This document shows, in pieces, positions 5,946 through 10,940 of a stretch of 10,940 nucleotides of DNA. The DNA lies in the NCBI GenBank assembly GCA_046758505.1, contig JBHIAH010000085.1:1-10940 (forward strand), in the 5' to 3' direction. Below the pieces are notes generated by a model. That model made no database searches. It worked only from the letters and a program-made list of their open reading frames with translations, and was not told the DNA's origin. The DNA is from Candidatus Methylomirabilales bacterium. GTDB lineage: Bacteria > Methylomirabilota > Methylomirabilia > Methylomirabilales > CSP1-5. Position numbers and translations under genes: made by a program. Positions within the stretch are counted from its first letter, which is position 1, and each line of letters begins with the position of its first letter.

Positions 5946-8900
5946 ATGCCGCACGCGGAGTTCGTGCATCTCCATGTCCACAGCCAGTATAGCTTGCTGG
6001 ACGGGGCGTGCCATCTCGAGAAGCTCGTCCGGAAGGCGAAAGAATTCAAGATGCCCGCCCTGGCGGTCACCGATCACGGCAACCTCTTCGGGGCCATTGA
6101 TTTTTACCGCATGGCCCAGAAGGAGGGGATCAAGCCGGTCATCGGTTGTGAGGTCTATGTGGCTCCCGGGTCCCGCCTCGATCGGTATCCCCAGGATGGG
6201 CGCTACGAGGGAGCAAACCACCTAACCCTCCTCGCGAAAGACCGGAACGGCTACAAGAATCTCATCAAGCTGGTGACGGCCGGCTATCTGGAGGGCTTCT
6301 ACTACAAGCCCCGGATTGACAAGGCGCTCTTGTCCCAGCACTCCGACGGGCTCCTCGCCCTGTCTGGGTGTCTCAACAGCGAGGTGTGCCAGCTGCTCGC
6401 ACACGGAGAGGAAGGGAAGGCGCTGGACGTCGCGGCCTGGCACCGGGATGTCTTTGGCGGGGAGAATTACTTTCTGGAACTCCAGTCGCACGGGATCGAA
6501 CCCCAGGAAGACGTCAACCGGCACCTCATCCGGATGGCCCAAAAGCTGGGATTGTCCCTGGCCGCCACCAACGATGTCCACTATCTGAACCCCGGGGATT
6601 TTAAGGCCCATGATGCCCTCCTCTGCATTCAGACCGGCAAGACGGTGGCCGAGAAGGACCGGATGCGCTTCTCCTCAAATCAATTTTACTTCAAGACCCC
6701 CCAGGAGATGCAGGACCTCTTCCGTGAAGTTCCCGAGGCGCTCGTCAATACGTTGACCATCGCCGAGCGGTGTAACCTCCAACTGGATTTCAACAAGATC
6801 CACTTGCCGCACTATCGCGTCCCCCCCGAACACACGCTGGACAGCTACCTGGTCGAGTGCAGTTGGCGTGGGCTCCAGGAGCGGTACGGGGAGATCACCG
6901 AGGAGGCCAAGAGCCGTCTGACCCAGGAGCTCCGGGTGATCGAAAAGATCGGCTTCGCCGGATACTTCTTGATCGTCTGGGACTTCATCCGGTTCGCCAG
7001 GGAGCGGGGCGTTTCGGTCGGACCGGGCCGGGGTTCTGCGGCAGGAAGCCTGGTGGCCTATGCCCTGGGGATCACCAATATCGATCCGCTGCGTTACGGT
7101 CTCCTCTTTGAGCGATTCCTGAATCCGGAGCGGATCTCGCCTCCCGACATGGATATCGATTTTGCCGATGATCGCCGGGACGAGGTGATCGAATATGTCG
7201 CCCAGAAATACGGCAAGGACAACGTGGCCCAGATCATTACGTTTGGGACCTTGGGGGCCAAGGCGGTGATCCGGGATGTGGGCCGCACGCTGGGGATGCC
7301 GTACGGCGAGGTGGACAAGATTGCGAAGATGGTGCCCAATATCCTCAACATCACGCTGGACGACGCCATGGCCCAGAGTCCCCCCCTCAGGGAAGCCGTG
7401 CAGGGCCGGCCTGAGGTCGACGAGCTCTGGCAGATCGCCAGATCACTGGAGGGGCTGACCCGGCACGCATCGACCCACGCTGCCGGCGTGGTGATTTCGG
7501 GCGAACCCCTGATCGAGCATGTCCCCCTCTACCGAGGGACCAAGGGGGAGATCACGACCCAGTATGCCATGGGGGCGATCGAGAAGATCGGTCTCCTCAA
7601 GATGGACTTTCTGGGGCTCCGCACCCTGACGGTGATCGCGAACACTTTGAAACTCGTCAAAGAGACGCGGGGGGTCGAGCTGCGGGCAGAGCGAATCCCC
7701 TTTGACGATCCCAAGACCTTCCAGCTCCTCTCCGAGGCGAAGACCTTGGGAGTCTTCCAATTAGAGTCGCCGGGGATGCGCGATCTTTTGAGGCGGCTGC
7801 GGCCGGAGCGATTGGAGGATGTGATTGCCCTGGTGGCGCTGTACCGGCCGGGCCCCATGGAGATGATTCCGGACTTCATCAACCGGCGCCACGGCCGGGT
7901 CAAGATCGAATACGACCATCCCCTCATGGAGAAGTATCTCAAGGAAACCTACGGGGTTATGGTCTACCAGGAACAGGTCATGCAGATTGCCAGTGAGATG
8001 GCCGGGTTCACCATGGGCGAGGCGGATATCCTGCGCCGGGCCATGGGGAAAAAGAACCTTGATCTCATGGCCCAGCAGCGGGAGAAGTTTGTGGCGCGGG
8101 CGGTCGCCCAGCATGTCCCCAAGGCGAAGGCTGAAAAAATCTTTGATCTCATGGCCCATTTCGCCGGGTACGGCTTTAACAAGTCCCACGCCGCTGCCTA
8201 TGCGGTGGTCGCCTTTCAAACCGCCTATCTCAAGGCGAACTATCCGATGGAGTTCATGGCCGCCCTCCTCACCTCGGAGATGGGGAATACGGACAAGACG
8301 GTAAGACATATTGAAGAGTGCCGGCAGATGGGGATCGAAATTCTGCCGCCAGACGTGAACGAATCGGGAAGCACCTTCCGGGTGGTGGAGGGAAAGATCC
8401 GCTTCGGATTGGTGGCGGTCAAGAATCTGGGTGAGACGGCCATCCAATCGGTCCTGAATGCCCGACGCACCGGGGGGAAGTTCACCAGCCTGCATGATTT
8501 CTGCGAGCGGGTCGATCTCCGCCTGGTCAACAAGCGGGTGATCGAAAGCCTGATCAAGTGTGGCGCCTTCGACTCCCTGGGCTTCCGCCGATCCCAGCTC
8601 ATGGCGGCGGCGGATCACGCCATGGATGCCGCCTCGGCCGTTGTCCGGGACCGGGCGAGGGGCCAGGGGTCCCTCCTGGAGATGCTGGGGGGAGAAGCCG
8701 CGCAGGCAAAGGCGCCCCAGATGCCTGACATTTCGGAGTGGTCGCACAGCCAGCGCCTCACCGCCGAGCGAGAGATCCTCGGCTTCTACATCACGGGCCA
8801 CCCCCTGAGCGAGTTCGAGCCGCTCCGCAAGCGGTATGCGACGGCGACCACCGATGAGCTCTCCGGCCTCCGGGATAAGGAGACGGTCAGCCTCTGTGGC

Positions 8901-9380
8901 ATCGTCACCGCCGTGAAGGAGATCTCCACCAAGAACGGCGACCGGATGGCCTTTGTGACCCTCGAGGATCTGCAGGGCTCCGTGGAATCGATCGCCTTCC
9001 CCGATCTCTACCGGGGCAAGATGCTTCATCTGATCAAGGACAATCCCGTCCTCGTGAAGGGGCAGGTCGACATCGGCGAAGAGGTTGTAAAGCTCCTGCT
9101 CTCGGATGTCCAGCCCTTGGGCGATCTCCAGGAAGAGGCCGGGGGCGAGCTGGAAATCGCCGTGCGATCGGAGGCCCTCACGGGGGAGGTCCTGCGGCAG
9201 ATCCGGATGGCCGCCGCACAGTTTAAGGGACCCATTCCGCTCCGTCTCCGTCTGCACCTCGATCGAGGGACATCGGTGGTGGTCGAAGCCGGACAGGAGC
9301 TCCACGTGCTTCCGGCGCCGGCGTTCATTGCTGAGGTGGAAAGAATCACCGGTCCCGGGTCGGTGACCGTGACGCGGTAG
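5946..9380 (+). CDS. dnaE: DNA polymerase III alpha subunit (DnaE1 type)
   Basis: PHP domain ([23 protein letters not shown]), [19 protein letters not shown], catalytic PDMDIDF (7143-7163) and [15 protein letters not shown], clamp-binding-like QGSLL (8664-8678), C-terminal OB fold. About 1144 aa with no intein. ATG 5946 is 7 nt after SD GGAGG; GTG 5943 is an alternative start. Confidence 0.98.
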   Translation: MPHAEFVHLHVHSQYSLLDGACHLEKLVRKAKEFKMPALAVTDHGNLFGAIDFYRMAQKEGIKPVIGCEVYVAPGSRLDRYPQDGRYEGANHLTLLAKDRNGYKNLIKLVTAGYLEGFYYKPRIDKALLSQHSDGLLALSGCLNSEVCQLLAHGEEGKALDVAAWHRDVFGGENYFLELQSHGIEPQEDVNRHLIRMAQKLGLSLAATNDVHYLNPGDFKAHDALLCIQTGKTVAEKDRMRFSSNQFYFKTPQEMQDLFREVPEALVNTLTIAERCNLQLDFNKIHLPHYRVPPEHTLDSYLVECSWRGLQERYGEITEEAKSRLTQELRVIEKIGFAGYFLIVWDFIRFARERGVSVGPGRGSAAGSLVAYALGITNIDPLRYGLLFERFLNPERISPPDMDIDFADDRRDEVIEYVAQKYGKDNVAQIITFGTLGAKAVIRDVGRTLGMPYGEVDKIAKMVPNILNITLDDAMAQSPPLREAVQGRPEVDELWQIARSLEGLTRHASTHAAGVVISGEPLIEHVPLYRGTKGEITTQYAMGAIEKIGLLKMDFLGLRTLTVIANTLKLVKETRGVELRAERIPFDDPKTFQLLSEAKTLGVFQLESPGMRDLLRRLRPERLEDVIALVALYRPGPMEMIPDFINRRHGRVKIEYDHPLMEKYLKETYGVMVYQEQVMQIASEMAGFTMGEADILRRAMGKKNLDLMAQQREKFVARAVAQHVPKAKAEKIFDLMAHFAGYGFNKSHAAAYAVVAFQTAYLKANYPMEFMAALLTSEMGNTDKTVRHIEECRQMGIEILPPDVNESGSTFRVVEGKIRFGLVAVKNLGETAIQSVLNARRTGGKFTSLHDFCERVDLRLVNKRVIESLIKCGAFDSLGFRRSQLMAAADHAMDAASAVVRDRARGQGSLLEMLGGEAAQAKAPQMPDISEWSHSQRLTAEREILGFYITGHPLSEFEPLRKRYATATTDELSGLRDKETVSLCGIVTAVKEISTKNGDRMAFVTLEDLQGSVESIAFPDLYRGKMLHLIKDNPVLVKGQVDIGEEVVKLLLSDVQPLGDLQEEAGGELEIAVRSEALTGEVLRQIRMAAAQFKGPIPLRLRLHLDRGTSVVVEAGQELHVLPAPAFIAEVERITGPGSVTVTR

Positions 9381-9387
9381 AGATTGC

Positions 9388-10356
9388 ATGATGGCCCAGG
9401 CTCACTATGCGTTGGATTTTGAAAAGCCGCTGGTCGAACTCGAGACCAAGATCAAGGAGCTCAAGCGTTTTTCCGAGGCGGAAAACGTTGACTTTGCCGA
9501 TGAGGTCAAGAAGCTCGAACATAAACTTCAGAAGATGCAATCGGAGATCCTGGAAAAGTTGACCCCCTGGCAGCGCTGCCAGATTGCCCGACACCCCGAC
9601 CGCCCGTACACCCTTGATTACATTCGCCTGATGATGACCGATTTCATGGAGATCCACGGGGATCGGGTCTTTGCCGATGACACGGCGATCGTCGCAGGGC
9701 TGGGCCGGCTGCAGGGCATGCCCCTCGTGGTCGTCGGCCACCAGAAGGGGCGGGATACGAAGGAGAAGATCGCCAGGAATTTCGCGATGGCCCATCCCGA
9801 GGGGTATCGGAAGGCCCTCCGGGCCATGAAGCTGGCGGAGAAGTTCGGCAAGCCGGTCCTAGCCCTGGTGGATACTCCTGGGGCATACCCGGGGATCGGT
9901 GCGGAGGAACGGGGGCAGGCGGAGGCCATCGCGAAAAACCTCCGGGAGTTAGCCGACCTCCGCGTCCCCGTGGTCGTCGTGATTACCGGGGAGGGGGGGA
10001 GCGGGGGGGCATTGGCCCTGGGGGTGGGCGATCGGGTCCTCATGCTCGAGTATGCCATCTACTCGGTCATCTCGCCTGAGGGGTGCGCCAGTATCCTCTG
10101 GCGGGACCCCGCAAAGGCGCCCCAGGCGGCGGAGGCGTTGGGGCTTACCGCGCCCATCTTGAAAAGCCTGGGACTGGTGGATGAGATCATCCCTGAACCG
10201 GCGGGGGGGAGTCACCGTGACCCGGAATCGATGGCGGCAACTCTCCAGGAGCATCTCGTCCGGGAGTTTCAGACCCTGAAAAAGATCCGGGGTGATCAAC
10301 TCCTGGAGCTGCGGTATCAGAAGTTCCGGCGGATGGGGGTTCTTGAGGAAGGGTAA
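9388..10356 (+). CDS. accA: Acetyl-CoA carboxylase carboxyltransferase subunit alpha
   Basis: [58 protein letters not shown] and [10 protein letters not shown]. Starts 7 nt after the dnaE stop (ATG 9388 or 9391); dnaE-accA adjacency is also known from E. coli. Confidence 0.97.
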   Translation: MMAQAHYALDFEKPLVELETKIKELKRFSEAENVDFADEVKKLEHKLQKMQSEILEKLTPWQRCQIARHPDRPYTLDYIRLMMTDFMEIHGDRVFADDTAIVAGLGRLQGMPLVVVGHQKGRDTKEKIARNFAMAHPEGYRKALRAMKLAEKFGKPVLALVDTPGAYPGIGAEERGQAEAIAKNLRELADLRVPVVVVITGEGGSGGALALGVGDRVLMLEYAIYSVISPEGCASILWRDPAKAPQAAEALGLTAPILKSLGLVDEIIPEPAGGSHRDPESMAATLQEHLVREFQTLKKIRGDQLLELRYQKFRRMGVLEEG

Positions 10357-10431
10357 CGCGCCTCTTGGCGGTGGAGGGGGCGATTCCGGTCTCCGACGCG
10401 GGCGGCTCAAGGTCCGTGAGATCAAAATCGA

Positions 10432-10479
10432 ACGGCCGCGGGGGCGAATGTGTTGTCCTGTGTATGCCCTCGCGGCCGT
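10432..10479. terminator. Long GC-rich inverted repeat between the convergent accA and fbp genes (candidate terminator or 3'-end hairpin)
   Basis: ACGGCCGCGGGGGC (10432-10445) pairs with GCCCTCGCGGCCGT (10466-10479): 14 bp with one G-U and a 20-nt loop. On the - strand it is followed by TCGATTTTG, a weak U-tract. Confidence 0.5.
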
Positions 10480-10496
10480 CGGCTGTCAGGGGAGAG

Positions 10497-10940
10497 TTAT
10501 CGCGTCCCGGCCTTGAACCGGTCCTGAAGCCGGCCCATCACCTGGGGCAGGGTGGTGTACTCCATTTCCTCTAACGGCAGGCGGTGGGGCTGGAACGGCC
10601 CGTGCCTCCGCATGTACTCGGCCACCTCATTCGCTCTTCGGCGGGTCTCGTCAAAGGAGGGGTCATCGAAGAGATCCACCGGTCCGATGAGGTGTCCGTC
10701 GGCGAGCTGGAAGCCGGCCGCCACCACGCGCGGCGGCCCGTCGAACCGCGTCGGGTTCGCCTGGTGGAAGGCACAGGGCATCAGCGGTCCACAGTGGGAG
10801 CCTCGCATCCAGCCTTCGACCAGGTGGGGGAACGAAAAGCCCTCGACGACCTCGCCGACAGCGGGGAGGCCGGACTGGCACCGGGCCACCATCACCGGGT
10901 CATCCTTTCCGACGTATTTGCCGGCGATCAGGCTGAGCTT
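10497..10940 (-). CDS. fbp: Bifunctional fructose-1,6-bisphosphate aldolase/phosphatase (class V, archaeal-type FBPase), C-terminal part; 5' end outside the window
   Basis: The frame is open from the window edge: KLSLIAGKYVGKDDPVMVARCQSGLPAVGE...GWMRGSH.GPLMP...PTRFDGPPRVVA.GFQ...YMRRHGPF.PHRLP.EEMEYTTLP. These are signature motifs of the FBPA/P family. Confidence 0.95.
   Translation of the reverse strand, partial: KLSLIAGKYVGKDDPVMVARCQSGLPAVGEVVEGFSFPHLVEGWMRGSHCGPLMPCAFHQANPTRFDGPPRVVAAGFQLADGHLIGPVDLFDDPSFDETRRRANEVAEYMRRHGPFQPHRLPLEEMEYTTLPQVMGRLQDRFKAGTR

Noticed and set aside
5946..9380. Intein or error-prone DnaE2 identity
   Set aside because: The length is normal and motifs are continuous. 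The PHP ligands, clamp-binding-like motif and C-terminal domain are intact, and there are no imuA/imuB neighbours, all indicating replicative DnaE1.
7761..9389. 542-aa antisense ORF over dnaE (and similar ones at 2637-3380, 4800-5519 and 1809-2492)
   Set aside because: Shadow ORFs expected from high-GC codon bias opposite well-conserved genes; no recognisable motifs.

Overview
High-GC bacterial chromosomal window made up almost entirely of housekeeping genes. On the + strand, in order: a DUF5615/PIN-like toxin gene with an apparent 1-nt deletion near its 5' end, an M50 site-2 protease, trpS, guaB, guaA, dnaE and accA. On the - strand, converging on accA, is the 3' part of an archaeal-type bifunctional FBP aldolase/phosphatase (class V FBPase). 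I found no mobile element, CRISPR array, tRNA or rRNA, and no clearly new protein system. The most interesting signals are (i) an exact [4Fe-4S]-type C-X22-C-X6-C-X2-C motif in TrpRS and (ii) a possible RNA-level control architecture along guaB-guaA-dnaE. That architecture comprises a hairpin that could sequester the Shine-Dalgarno (SD) in the guaB leader, a 267-nt structured spacer ahead of an SD-less guaA, and a 10-bp anti-SD hairpin hiding the dnaE RBS 5 nt after the guaA stop. All RNA structures were paired by eye and no folding energies were computed. High GC inflates chance pairing, so these are hypotheses.
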